64,000 nt of DNA from Macrostomum lignano (lineage: Eukaryota). Under the pieces are notes generated by a model. The model had not been told where the DNA came from. It was given only the letters and a program-made list of their open reading frames with translations, and did not search any database. A program made the translations under genes and the position numbers. Shown here in pieces: positions 50,730 through 63,317 of the stretch; within the stretch, counting starts at the first letter, position 1, and each line of letters begins with the position of its first letter. The stretch covers positions 124,001 through 188,000 of the forward strand of contig NIVC01000042.1 of assembly GCA_002269645.1 (NCBI GenBank). The letters run 5' to 3'.

Positions 50730-51730
50730 AATACCCATGCTTTACGGGCGTTAATGGGAAAATCAGAGGGCGCCGTTAGGCGCCCGAAGAGTTCTCATTG
50801 TCATTAATTTTTGCGGGCTTAAGCGTCCCTTTTCCGGGCGTCAATGTGGCAATTCGTGCCTTGAATTGTCTATGGTATTTTCTATTTCAGTAATAGAGCG
50901 AAATAGAACAACAGTGTGAAACAGAGGCCAACAAATAACAGCAGAAGTTTATGCGCTTATAAGCATGCAAAGAGAGACGATCAGTTAGTTAAATTAAATT
51001 AGTCTTTCAGGCCGTGGAAATCGAACGTACAATTTTGAAATGTTCCAGAGAAATTCACACTGACCGATGGAGCTGGCGCAGCCTGCTCAACTTTCATTTC
51101 ATTTCTTCCAGAAAAGTCTTGAAGCGGCTCACATTGTCCTCCATCTGCCGGGCGGAGGAGTCCGGTATTCCATCTCGTTCAAGCTGATTTAACTCTTGCA
51201 TCACGTCCTCCGGAATGTCGAGAATCTCTTCTGATTCTATCTTGCGCGCAAATTCTTCGCTCAGTTCCTCCAAATATCGGCTGTTCGACTCGGATGATAC
51301 CCACGCCAGCTCTTCGGTCGACATACCGGAAACCATTTCTCCCGGCAGATTGGAATAATTAATTAAATGGTTGATCATTTTCAGAACTCAAGCACAGCTT
51401 AGTCCTGACAGATTTGAAAAAAATATATATTTAGCATTTTTCTAGCTCCTTCAGTTTTACTGTCCATCTCTAGACCTGGACCATCAAAACTTCGTCTATG
51501 GCCCCGAGCTCGCAAATCAAAAGAAAGAATGGCTATAGACATTTCAACTGCATTCTATGTAATAACACAGAGCCCGGAATTTTCGACATTGATGCCCGGA
51601 AATCTCTTGCATTAATGACAATAATATAAACATTACTTTTTGCGGGGCATCAATGTGCATCAATGTGCTACGCGCCCTCAAAATTCTACATTGATGCCCG
51701 CAAAAAGCAATATTAATGTTATAGTGTTGT
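50730..51730 (-). mobile_element. Possible internally deleted Crypton-like (DUF3504 tyrosine recombinase) element
   Basis: Imperfect inverted repeats 50796-50859 / 51572-51622 flank ORF 51094-51378 (…LERDGIPDSSARQMEDNVSRFKTFLEE) and an out-of-frame tail SVNFSGTFQNCTFDF*. Family assignment is recalled resemblance only. Confidence 0.4.
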
Positions 51731-52884
51731 TTGATTCATTCCTGCACAGAAAACGTATGGAACCCCACCATTGAATTTAGTTAGAGAGGATTGAACCATG
51801 GACAGAGTACTGAAGCGAAAATAGAAGACATGTCAATCCAGTCAAGATTCAAGAAGCTTGAGAGAAAGGAGTTGAGGGAAGAAGAACCGAGCAAAAAATG
51901 ACAAAAACTATCTATATCGACCGTTTTACTATAAATTAGGTAACAGTGCCTGGCCTTCCCTCGGATGCGCTGACTAATTTGTCAACGAAAAGCAAGCTGG
52001 ACAGCGAAGAAACTCTCGCATTGTCCCTGGATGTCTTACTGTCTTACAAGACAAACAATTGTACTGCCATTTGTCAAGTGAATGTGACTTGTTTCACAGT
52101 TTTCTTCCAGTTAAATATACCGATATTCGTTGTGTCATACAAGTGCAGAAAGTCTGCAAAGCTAGCATATAAAAATTGTGTTTTTCAACGTCAGACAACA
52201 ACTGCAGCAATTATATTAATTTCATTCAGCGTCTATTCAATAGCATTCATAAATGTTGCCAAGTTCAGGCATTTAGTGCATGGTCCGAGCAGCGTCTGAG
52301 TTCATCAAGTGCCCCCGCGCGGGCGACTCAACCCACCCTCACCCCCTCTCTAAAACTTCAGACGCAGCCAGGGGTCACTGGGTGCGTCCAAAAATTAGCC
52401 GCCGCCCTCATTGTATTGGAGTCGCACAATGAACCCCGGGAGTTGTCTGCTTACAGGTTGCGCGTCTCTAGTCGAGGCCAGAACTTCCATTGCTACGTGA
52501 ATGCATCAGTAGCTTTTCTGTGCGTTACTGCCTATAGATCCTCAGATTCCAGAGGAATTTCGGCCAACTTGAATAGCCCCCTCCCCCCTGGATAGCAGAC
52601 CTGTTCGGACTCAGGCCGCTGCTGGCTTTTCTTGCATTTTACGCGACAATAAGCGACCAAGGGTGGGTGGGGCTTGAGGCCAGGTCTCAACCCTTAGAAA
52701 AATGCCTGCGTTTGCTAACCTTTGGCAGCCTCTGAAAAGTCTGGCTGTTTCTAGGTAGGGCATTCAAATATTCAGCCTAGACTGAGCTGCAGCACAATTC
52801 CAGGTAGTAGGTAAGGTGCTGCTAGCAACAACAGAAAGAATACGCAAATTTGCTGATAGTTAGAGATACATGTAGAAGGTAGAT

Positions 52885-53141
<257 letters not shown>

Positions 53142-53461
53142 ATCTCACTTGGACAATGAGCTTCAGAAGCCGCTACTAACTGAGCTGGTTAGTCTCAGTG
53201 CATATTTTGCATTCGGGCAGACAATTCGTATAGCTGCATAAAACTCACAATAAGTCTGGAAACCAGATAGAGTGTAGCTGGTGCAGGCAGTCTGAAGGAG
53301 GGAGGGAGTGGCGGAATGCACTCGAATTCCCACTGGTCAGACGTGGCAACAGTAAAACCAACTGCTAGGGCCCCTCTGTTTATAAATCAAGCCGGGCCCA
53401 ACCGGGTGCCCTCGCACGCGCCTAAAAACAACCCCCCCCCTCAATGCGGCGCCGACGTCCC

Positions 53462-53470
53462 TATAAATAA
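53462..53470 (+). promoter_or_regulatory. TATA box candidate for TAL-B (TATAAATAA)
   Basis: Consensus TATAAA ~100 bp upstream of ATG 53564 in a GC-rich context. A second TTTATAAAT lies at ~53380. Confidence 0.45.
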
Positions 53471-53563
53471 ACCCCCTTGGGGCGGCGGCCTGCTCGCCTC
53501 TCCACCGCTCCAGCGCGCAGCTCAGTTTAAATCCTTTTTTTTGTCATCCAACGCCCGAACAAA

Positions 53564-54369
53564 ATGGATAGGCGAGACCTGGAACTGTTCAAGAATGTCT
53601 TCGTGGATCTGGACCCTCTAGGCACCGGCCAAATCAGCATCCAGCAGATGTGGCCCTACTTCAAGCGCAACAGGATCCCGGACGCCAAGATCAACGTAAG
53701 CTCAGCTTATTACTAGCAGCCCGTGCCTGTTTCTTACAGCTTTGCAAAAAATCCATAACTTACCATTTGCAGCTGTTCATGAACACCTTCGACCACGACA
53801 ATGACGGCTACATCACCCTGGACGAGTTCTGCCGGGTTTTCAGCGTGTCCAGGGCCGAAGTGTGAGTAACCCGCAGTGGCGACCGAGGTTTAACTGATGA
53901 TGGCTTTTATTCACCCAATTGATCAATCACACTCTTCTTTTCTGTTGTGCTTCCAGCCTGGGCCAGACCGTGACCTACGAGACCCGCAGCCGGGTGGCCA
54001 GCGGCCTGCCGGCAGGAGTGACGTACATATCCGGTGACATGGACATCGCCTGGCAGATCAAGATCGCCCAGCTGTGCATCGAGACGCTGCGCTCCACTAG
54101 CGTCCTGAAAGTTAGTGGAACTGCAGTTCTGATGCATTGCAACGGTCCTGTCTCTGTGTACCTAGTTATTGAACTAGTTTAACCTATTGAATTTTCAGGA
54201 GGTGCCCAGGAACATCAAGACCTCGGCTGATCGCATGTTCAACAATCTGTGGCACATTGTCATGGTGAACGGCCAGTTCTGGTGCTACTACGGTCACGAG
54301 CCCGGCTATTCATTCGTGTTCAGCTTCGAGAAGTATATCTTCGTGGTGTGGAAGACGCCAGCCATGTGA
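53564..54369 (+). CDS. TAL-like protein B: EF-hand pair + dynein light chain-like domain (181 aa)
   Basis: Exons 53564-53695, 53773-53861, 53957-54110 and 54199-54369 (phases 0,2,0). EF2 loop DHDNDGYITLDE-FC. C-terminus FNNLWHIVMVNGQFWCYYGHEPGYSFVFSFEKYIFVVWKTP. Confidence 0.92.
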
Positions 54370-54889
54370 ATGCCTAACATGGGAATGCCGCGGCGAAATT
54401 TACATATAATTAAGTACTTAGGGAATAATGTTTATTATTAGATACAAATCCAAATCAAATCCATTTATAGATTCTATAAAAACCTATTAGATTTTAATAC
54501 TGTCGCATCTTGGGAAGTAATTTTTTCTTTTGAAAATACGTCACTGTTTAGGAATATTTATTTCAAATATATTTGAAGTATATCAACATTCAACAAGATC
54601 ACAATTTACTTATCTGAAATTTGCTGTCTGTCTGTCTATTTTCGCTCGTACTTACTCAAGCTACAGCGGTGCAGAAATTTTTCTTGGGCAACGGATTGCT
54701 CAGCTCTTACTTCTTGGAAAGTACTTGTGGCTTGACTACAAAGACTGAGGGTAGCTGACCATATTGTGTTATATTGAGAAGGCCCAAAGCGAGTTAAAAC
54801 GAGTTTGAAATGAACATCAGGCCCATGAGGATGTCTATGGCTAAAATGATATTGATTTGCTGCGTCTGCAACACTCGTCTGGGTAGCCT

Positions 54890-55553
54890 GCCTGGGGGGT
54901 CTTTCTCGAAAGCAACTTACGATCGACCATAGACGTAAGTTGGATAAGCTACACTTACGGGTTGCTCGAAAGGCTCGCAATTTAGCTATGCGTAAGATTG
55001 ATCGCAACTTTACGAGTTCGTAACTTTGCGCAAAAGTTACGAACTTTTGAACGAGTGAACGTGAAGGAATTCCATTGTCGGATGATTCGTCGTGCAGGAA
55101 TGCACAAAACCGTGCAGGAATGAATTTCTGCGCCTAATGCTTCTTCAGTGAGATTTTACCATAGACATTTTCTCGAAATGTTCGTATGTCTATGGTCTTT
55201 CGTAAGGTTGATCTTAACCCTACGACTGCTCGGTATCAATCGTAAGACGCACTTAAGCACTAATCGCATAGTGCGTGAAGCTTTAGTCAAGCCAAGTCAA
55301 GTTAAACTTTATCGAAGGTGGGTCTTTCTCGAAAGCAACTTACGATAGACTAAGTAAAGATATTTGCAGATTTATGACCATAGACATGCAACTTTTCGTT
55401 TCAGATACGACTTACGAACAGCGTAAGCCACGCAAAGTCTAAGTGAGTTTTGAGAAAGCGTCTTACGAGCAAACTTACGCTACACGTAAATTTCTTTCTT
55501 ACGATCTAACTTACCATAGAACTTACGTGAGTTTCGAGAAACACCCCCCTGGT
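54890..55553. mobile_element. Non-autonomous TIR element (possibly PIF/Harbinger-like)
   Basis: CCTGGGGGGTCTTTCTCGAAA at the left end and TTTCGAGAAACACCCCCCTGG at the right end. Internal CTTACG/CGTAAG and CCATAGAC motifs. Confidence 0.55.
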
Positions 55554-55821
55554 TGGATCCGAGCCGAAACGCGTGATATTTTACGTTTAGCTGGGTTCAG
55601 TCCTCTACTGCCGATTAATAAGCCTATTCCCGTATAGCAATCAAACGTCCCTAACGTCCATCGATGTCGCTAAAAAGAATTTACCGCACGCATGGACTAT
55701 AAGAGGGATAAGAGGGCTTTATAATTTATTTTAATTAAGTGACAACAGCAATGGAAAATATTTTTGCCTGCGAACATGTAAGTTTCAGTCCTAAATTTCG
55801 GTACCTCGGCTGATAGAATTA

Positions 55822-56270
55822 GTTCAGTAGCTTAGGTAGAATTGGGTCAGTAGCTCAGGTAGAATTGGTTCAGTAGCTCAGGCAGAATTGGTTCAGTAGC
55901 TCAGGCAGAATTGGTTCAGTAGCTCAGGCAGAATTGGTTCAGTAGCTCAGGCAGAATTGGTTCAGTAGCTCAGGTAGAATTGGTTCAGTAGCTCAGGTAG
56001 AATTGGGTCAGTAGCTCAGGTAGAATTGGGTCAGTAGCTCAGGTAGAATTGGGTCAGTAGCTCAGGTAGAATTGGTTCAGTAGCTCAGGTAGAATTGGGT
56101 CAGTAGCTCAGGTAGAATTGGTTCAGTAGCTCAGGTAGAATTGGTTCACTAGCTCAGGTAGAATTGGGTCAGTAGCTCAGGTAGAATTGGGTCAGTAGCT
56201 CAGGTACTGAGACAGTAGCTTAGGCAGGAATAGCTCATTAGCTCAGGTAGAATTAGACCAGTAGCTCAGG
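55822..56270 (+). repeat. 23-bp minisatellite (CAGTAGCTCAGGTAGAATTGGTT)
   Basis: About 17 near-perfect units plus a degenerate tail. Confidence 0.96.
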
Positions 56271-58472
56271 TAGACCTAAATAAATTTAATAAGTTGAATA
56301 CGTGCGGGAATTTACAGCACGGTGGTTGGAATTTACAGCACGGATTGGGATTTACTGCACAGTCGCGTTATTGGTGAAGGATTGCTTTTTGGCCATAGAC
56401 AATGAATAGTGTCAGCAATTTAAGAATGCTTGGCCATATGTCAATGATATATTCCTGCACGGTCACGAGTGCACGATGTCCTTCACGCACGAGTGAACGT
56501 GAAGGAATTCCATTGTCGGATGATTCATCGTGCAGGAATGCACAATACCGTGCAGGAATGCATTTCTGCGCCTAATGCTTTTTCAGTGAGATTTTACCAT
56601 AGACATCCATTCCTGCACGCAACAGAGTGCAAGAATGCCATTCTTGCATGGAAAATCAGCCGACAATGAAGGCAGTCGTGCAGGAATTAAATAATCTATG
56701 GCCAAATCTCCACTGTTTTACACATGGACATCGTGCAGGAATGACACTCTCCGTTCCTGCACGCAAACAATTTATTTAAAATTGTACGCAAATGTATGGG
56801 GAGGAGAGAGAATGTACACAGAGAGTGTGGAGGGAGGAAAAAGTGCAGTAATCATTCATTGCTATGCGATTTCGTCTAATGACATTGACGAAGGAAGGAA
56901 TCGAGGTGGGGGGAGAGTATCCAGCTTAGCAGTGGATATTTACATCCGATATTGAAAAGTTACAAGGGACAGTTCTCACAAGTAATGGAAGCCTAATATA
57001 AAGTGCAATATGTGATCTGAAGATTGTGCGACACACCATGACCGACGCATGTCCATCACTGGTTGAACATTTGAAACGACGGCACCCCGGTAGCTTACAA
57101 AGCGCCGCGGGATCGCTCACAATTGTCACGGCTAGTCGCCAGTGACAAGTTGCATAGAATCCGTTTACACTGCGTTCGGACTTGTGAATTGCTATTGTCC
57201 CAAATTCATGACGTCACTATTGACTTGCTTCCCACCATGCTCTACAAAGAGTCGCACGATGAGAATTCTAGAAATTATTTGAATGCATCTGTAAGAGTCA
57301 TCTTAGAACCCCAAAAGTTAACGCCAGTGAAAGAAGAGAGCTAAGCCTTTTTATTTATAGACACTGTAAAACAGGCCTACAGTCGATTCTGAGTCCAGAG
57401 TGGCCATAGACAACAATTTTTGCTATCCGTGACTTGTAACTTGTCGAGTAAATACACAAGTGCGATCCTTGCAATGCGAACTAGTCACTTGTATACAACA
57501 GACCCAGAGCGCAATGCTTTAGTGAGCCTGTAAGTAATGGATTTAGTTTTGTTCTCTTATTCATAAATGCTAAAATTGATCCTAAAAAACTAATTCTCAA
57601 AGTTAGCAGAGAAAATCACTTGGTCGACGCTCTCTGAGTCTGGGTTCCTCTCTGAGTAGCTCCTCCTACGACTGAAATTCCTAGGTGGTATGCAATGGCA
57701 TTGATCGACTTTTTATAACCGCTCGAAGTCTCGCTCTAAGGCTTGCTTTAATTGGAAGAGAGTACTGGCGAGGCCATAGAGATGCTCTTTTACTGTCTCA
57801 CTGTTGGAAGTTGGCAGAAAGTTGGAGCATGAAAAAGTTTTGTCACGTTTAAAACGTTATGGAATGCCTACGCTTGAGGTTGGAAATTCACCTGATGCAG
57901 AATTGCATTCGCAGCGGCCCAGATCAAAAAGCACTGTCTCAATCGACCAAATAAAATGAAAACTAGTTTTCTGTCTGTCGGTTCAGTGAGTGCAGCTGGG
58001 GCGTGTTAAGGCAGTGCTCAGACTCAGAAAATAGCAACTTACCAAACCGAACTTCCCCACCTCTCCTTTCTAGGGGTCAGTAAAGTTGCAATCTATGCTT
58101 CGCATTGTGCAGGATTCTCAGCTAAAGCAGTACCAGCCACGTCTGAGCGAGGAATACTGCGAGTACTGCGAGGAATGAGAATCTGACAATCCTAAGCAGT
58201 ATCAGGGTAAAGGAGCGGAGAGGTGGTGTTTGGCGTAGCTGATCTGGCTATTCAAGCCCTGCATTTTACTTTTTAGTCTAAGCTGAGGTTGCTGCTTACA
58301 GTTGTTTGTGGCAGGCAACACCATCAAGGCAAGCTGCAGCAGCCCCAAGCCCATTTTTTCGTCTACACAGGAAACACTATAAAAACTTTCTTAGAAATTG
58401 CTACAGTCATCGCTCAGCTTTCGTATTCAGAATCTTTTCTACACTGTCCCTAAGTGTGCAGTCGACGAGATC

Positions 58473-59299
58473 ATGTCTGCCATTGACCGGGAAGATATGA
58501 ACATCTTCAAGGAGGCCTGGATGAGCCTGGATCCAAATGGAACTGAACGTAGAGTGAGAGCTCAGGAACTAGGGGTCTACTTGAAAAAGATAGGCATCCA
58601 AGATAGGAAATTCGATGTAAGTCCGATGCCATTTTTATTCACAGTGTATATTTTTCCGTTCAATCAACTTGATGCCCTCGACGCTCAATTTGGCAGCTCT
58701 ACATGAACGCGTTTGATAAAGACAACGACGGCTGCATCACTCTAGAGGAGTTCTGCCGGGTGCTACGGATGACCGAAATTGAAGTGTGAGTACATGTGCA
58801 TAATACATGTACATCTGAACCAATCTGTATTACATGTAGCTAAGCAATTTAATTAGTGACAACAACTCTTAACTTTCAGCGTGTCCACCGTTGTGTTTGA
58901 ACAGCGCGTGAACGTCGAGGGCGGCAGCGGTCTGCCGCAGGGTGTCCAGATACTGTTCGGAGCTCAGACATCCGAACTCGAGTGGCAAGCGAGGGTGGCG
59001 CGGCTCTGTCTTGAAGGACTTCGGTTCGATGCGGACTTGAATGTGAGAACAGAAGTCATTCCTAGTTTAAATTTCTTCCGTTTTCGAGCACATGTTTACA
59101 TAAACATCTGTCGTCCATTGCATTGCAGAAAGTGGTGAAGTGGATCAAGGAGACTGCTGACGAGCGCTTCACCCGACTGTGGCACTGCGTCATCGTGAAG
59201 GGCCAGCACTGGTGCTTCTTCAGCTACGAGCCCGGCTATGCCTTCGTGCTCCGCTATGACAAGTACGTCTTCATCATCTGGAAGACGCCAATGATCTAA
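58473..59299 (+). CDS. TAL-like protein C: EF-hand pair + dynein light chain-like domain (188 aa)
   Basis: Exons 58473-58616, 58697-58785, 58880-59042 and 59129-59299 (phases 0,2,0). EF2 loop DKDNDGCITLEE-FC. C-terminus FTRLWHCVIVKGQHWCFFSYEPGYAFVLRYDKYVFIIWKTP. Confidence 0.92.
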
Positions 59300-60467
59300 C
59301 GAGGCCCGCTGAATAATGATTGGATAGCTCTGAAATCGCCAGGTTTAGCACTAAACAATTCGCTATGCTTCCTGTTTGTCATTGACGCGCTAAATTAGGC
59401 TTCCTTAAATTAATAGGTAATTAAAAAATAATATCTTATCTAAATCTGCACTGATTTCAACTAATAGTTTAAAAAGCTATAGTCCAACCTGGAGCACGAT
59501 AAAGCATTATTTGTTAAATGTTTGTTAGTATTGTTTCTCTCAGTGCGAATGTTGCGTCACCTCTATAACGACCATTTTAAATATAAATAAATTTAAATAT
59601 TAGAAAATATATATCAGAAACTTTGTTTTGCTATTTTACATTAGGAATTTTTAGAGAATTTCGCAACTAGCTCGTGTTATACGTGCTTGTGCATAAATGA
59701 GTAAACTTAGAGATTTCCCCTCCCCCCCCCCGGGTTGGCTTGGCTAATTTTCGTTGCACTCTACACTGAGGCCAAGTTGGAGTGAGCAGCCCAAACAATC
59801 TGCAAAAAAGAATGCCTATACTCTAATAAAGACACGAACCAGAAGCGAACGAGTAGAGACCGAGACAGACACTGTAAAAGAGAGTTATAAAAGATTCGGT
59901 AAAAAATGAGGCTCGTGAGAGACCCTCTTTGGCGACAAAAATCTGACTGAAAATCTAAGCGTGGGCTGAAATTTTATCCATTGTACTTGCAGCCTTCTCG
60001 CGCTGAAAAGATGAATAGGATTCTTTGACTGGCTATCGTTGCTGCAGCAGAATGCCCCTCGGCAATTTCCAGCCTCTCTCTGTCCACCTGATGCCCGAGG
60101 CACTGAGAAGTTCGAATTGCTGTATGGCGCCATGCAGAGGTAGCACCCAACGATTGTGTTGAGCTAGTGGATAGCTTGATCTGTTTTACAACACCATTGA
60201 TGATTTTCCCTGAGTAATAATAGGGGCTACTTTTTCAGGAGGGCTGCGGGCACCCTGGTGGCAACGCGACATGGTTCCACAACCCGTGCTGACGGCGATT
60301 CTGCCCATTCCACTGACTCCTGAGCGCATGCAGTAGTCTTGAGCGCGACAATACTGTACTCAGGCACGCAATCATGCTCATGCTCACACAGGGTGTACAG
60401 CGGCCCTGATTTTCTAATCGTCAGTTATTGTACACTCTCTGTGCCTGAAGGCAAGGGAAATCATGGG

Positions 60468-60540
60468 GGGTAGTGCAGCTCAGCGGTGAACGCGTCGGAC
60501 TCTAGCGCCGCGAACTCTGGTTCGATTCCGCGCACAGTCA
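60468..60540 (+). ncRNA. tRNA-derived sequence (SINE head or tRNA pseudogene)
   Basis: A-box-like GCAGCTCAGCGGTGAA and B-box GGTTCGATTCC with a poorly pairing anticodon arm. A truncated second copy lies at 61155-61195. Confidence 0.5.
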
Positions 60541-60574
60541 CGTTCATTTGGGGCTTATATCCCTTCTCAGGTCT

Positions 60575-61070
60575 CTTCTCTCCCCTCTTCTCTCCCCTCT
60601 CATCTTCTCTCCTCTCCCCCGTCATCCGCTCTCCCCTCTTATTTCCTCTCCTCTCTCCTCTACCCTCTCATCTCCTCTACCTTCCCATCTCCTCTCCTCT
60701 CTCATCTCCTCCCCTCTCATCTCCTCTCCTCTCTTCTCTCCCTCTCATCTCCTCACCTCTATTTTCTCTCCCCTCTCATCTTCTCTACCTTCCCATCTCC
60801 TCTCCTCTCTCATCTCCTCTACTGTCTTCCCTTCCTCCCATCTCCTCTCCTCTCTTCTCTCCCTCTTATCTCCTCTCCTCTCTTTTCTCTCCCAGCTCTC
60901 ATCTCCTCTACCTTCCCATCTCCTCTCCTCTCTCATCTCTTCCTCTCATCTCCTCTCCTCTCTTTTCTTCCTCCCATCTCCTCTCCTCTCTTCTCTTCCT
61001 CCCATCTCCTCTCCTCTCTTCTCTCCCTCTCATCTCCTCTCCTCTACTCCTTCTCCTTTCCTCTCTCATC
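60575..61070 (+). repeat. Polypyrimidine (TCTCC)-type low-complexity tract
   Basis: About 500 bp almost exclusively C/T. Confidence 0.97.
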
Positions 61071-61686
61071 TGACCATGAGCTGGATTCTTCATCTGGCAC
61101 TTGAGGTAAAAAGTTTGCCGACACTGAGCTCTCTCAGGGGGAGTTGGTGGCCAGAGCAGCTCAGCGGTAGACGCGTCTGACTCTGCTTCGATTCCTTCCA
61201 CAGCCTCATTTACCTATGAGAGCCAGCCCTTCAGGCACAGAGAGTGTACATGCCTGACGATTAGAAAGTCAGGGCCGCTGTACACCCTGTGTGAGCGTGT
61301 GTGTGAGTGCGTGCCTGCGTACAGTATTGGCGAGCTCAGGAGTCAGCGGTATAGTTGCGGGACGATGTCGCCAAAGGCGTTGCGCCATGGGTGTCCGCAT
61401 CTTTCCTGTGATGAATAGTATTTTATTATTATTCTAAATAATCCTTTAATCACAGCTTCTTTAGGAACTTGGGGTGAACATTATCCCTGCAGAAGGCAAT
61501 TTCTTATAAAGTTGACACTGCCGGAATGGCTTGGACCATAGATCTTATATTCCTGCTTGATTTTGCGGGCAAGACTGCTTAAGAAATGGCCCATTCTCTG
61601 CCCGATATCGGGCTGGGCCATAGACGAAGCCGAAACGATTGTATATAAACTACGATTGCTTATTTAATCGTTAAAAATTTGTACTA

Positions 61687-63317
61687 CACCATTTTACCCT
61701 CGATTTTGAACAAGGAGAACTTCGAAACTGACAAACTCCTCTTCAATATTGACACTCTATGGTCGGGCACTCAAAATCTACAATCAATATTGACAGATCA
61801 AGCTTCATTTTTGACAAACTCTGGTTCAATTTTGACAATGCACGTTTAGTCAACTTCTCCTGGGAGAATTCGGTAACAAAGTAATCCAATGAAAGCCTGA
61901 ACGGGGCTGAAGTGAGCTGTGCAAAATCAGCTTATTCTGACTTTGCTTTTTGGATCTACAAGTATTGATAAAATTTATTTTTCTCCATCCTTTAGACACA
62001 CAGACTAAAATAGCCTGACTGGTTGGGCTGCAAAGTCCGATTCTATTTTGACAGAGTTGCTTCAAAACTGACACTCTATGGTTTGTGTACCCAAAAAGTC
62101 CGCTTCATTTTTGACAACTCCGAATCAATATTGAACAGTTAACAATCAATTTTGACTAAGACATTTTTTGAAATAGATTTTGACAATTTTTACTAAGATT
62201 TCTCTCTTGAGGGGGGGGTACTTGCTATTTGGGAGAAGGGGTACTGGCTGCATGTATCTACGAGTACATGTATGGGAATATTTCTATTTAGGGATGCTTG
62301 CTAGAGTCCCTGCTCTCTCAAGGGACTCTAGCAAAAGGCCGGTCATTTAACATCCCAAGACAGCAAGCATCCACCCAGATAGCAAGCATCCACCCAGATA
62401 GCAAGCATCCACCCAGATAGCAAGCATCCCCCAGATAGCAAGCATACACCCAGATAGCAAGCATACACCCAGATAGCAAGCATCCCTCAGATAGAAGCAT
62501 CCACCCAGATAGCAAACATCCACCCAGATAGCAAACATCCACCCAGATAGCAAGCATCCACCCAGATAGCAAACATCCACCCAGATAGCAAGCATCCACC
62601 CAGATAGCAAACATCCACCCAGATAGCAAGCATCCACCCAGATAGCAAACATCCACCCAGATAGCAAGCATCCACCCAGATAGCAAACATCCACCCAGAT
62701 AGCAAGCATCCCTGGATAAAAATATTCCCATACATGTACTCGTAGATACATGCAGCCAGTACCCCTTCTCCCAAATAGCAAGTACCCCCCCCCTCAAGAG
62801 AGAAATCTTAGTAAAAATTGTCAAAATCTATTTCAAAAAATGTCTTAGTCAAAATTGATTGCTAACTGTTCAATATTGATTCGGAGTTGTCAAAAACGAA
62901 GCGGACTTTTTGGGTACACAAACCATAGAGTGTCAGTTTTGAAGCAACTCTGTCAAAATAGAATCAGACTTTGCAGCCCAACCAGTCAGGCTATTTTAGT
63001 CTGTGTGTCTAAAGGATGGAGAAAAATAAATTTTATCAATACTTGTAGATCCAAAAAGCAAAGTCAGAATAAGCTGATTTTGCACAGCTCACTTCAGCCC
63101 CGTTCAGGCTTTCATTGGATTACTTTGTTACCGAATTCTCCCAGGAGAAGTTGACTAAACGTGCATTGTCAAAATTGAACCAGAGTTTGTCAAAAATGAA
63201 GCTTGATCTGTCAATATTGATTGTAGATTTTGAGTGCCCGACCATAGAGTGTCAATATTGAAGAGGAGTTTGTCAGTTTCGAAGTTCTCCTTGTTCAAAA
63301 TCGAGGGTAAAATGGTG
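61687..63317. mobile_element. 1.6-kb fold-back element with ~600-bp near-perfect inverted arms and TA flanks
   Basis: 61687-62283 is the reverse complement of ~62720-63317 with only a few substitutions. Ends CACCATTTTACCCTCG/CGAGGGTAAAATGGTG, each flanked by TA. No transposase ORF. Confidence 0.88.
62360..62712 (+). repeat. 19-bp minisatellite (CACCCAGATAGCAAGCATC) in the fold-back spacer
   Basis: About 18 tandem units. Confidence 0.96.

Noticed and set aside
55822-56270. TAGCTCAG..TAGA in the 23-bp array resembling a tRNA A-box
   Set aside because: No B-box or cloverleaf. Probably coincidental.
60486-61180. 195-210 aa Ser/Pro/Leu-rich ORFs
   Set aside because: Translations of the C/T low-complexity tract.
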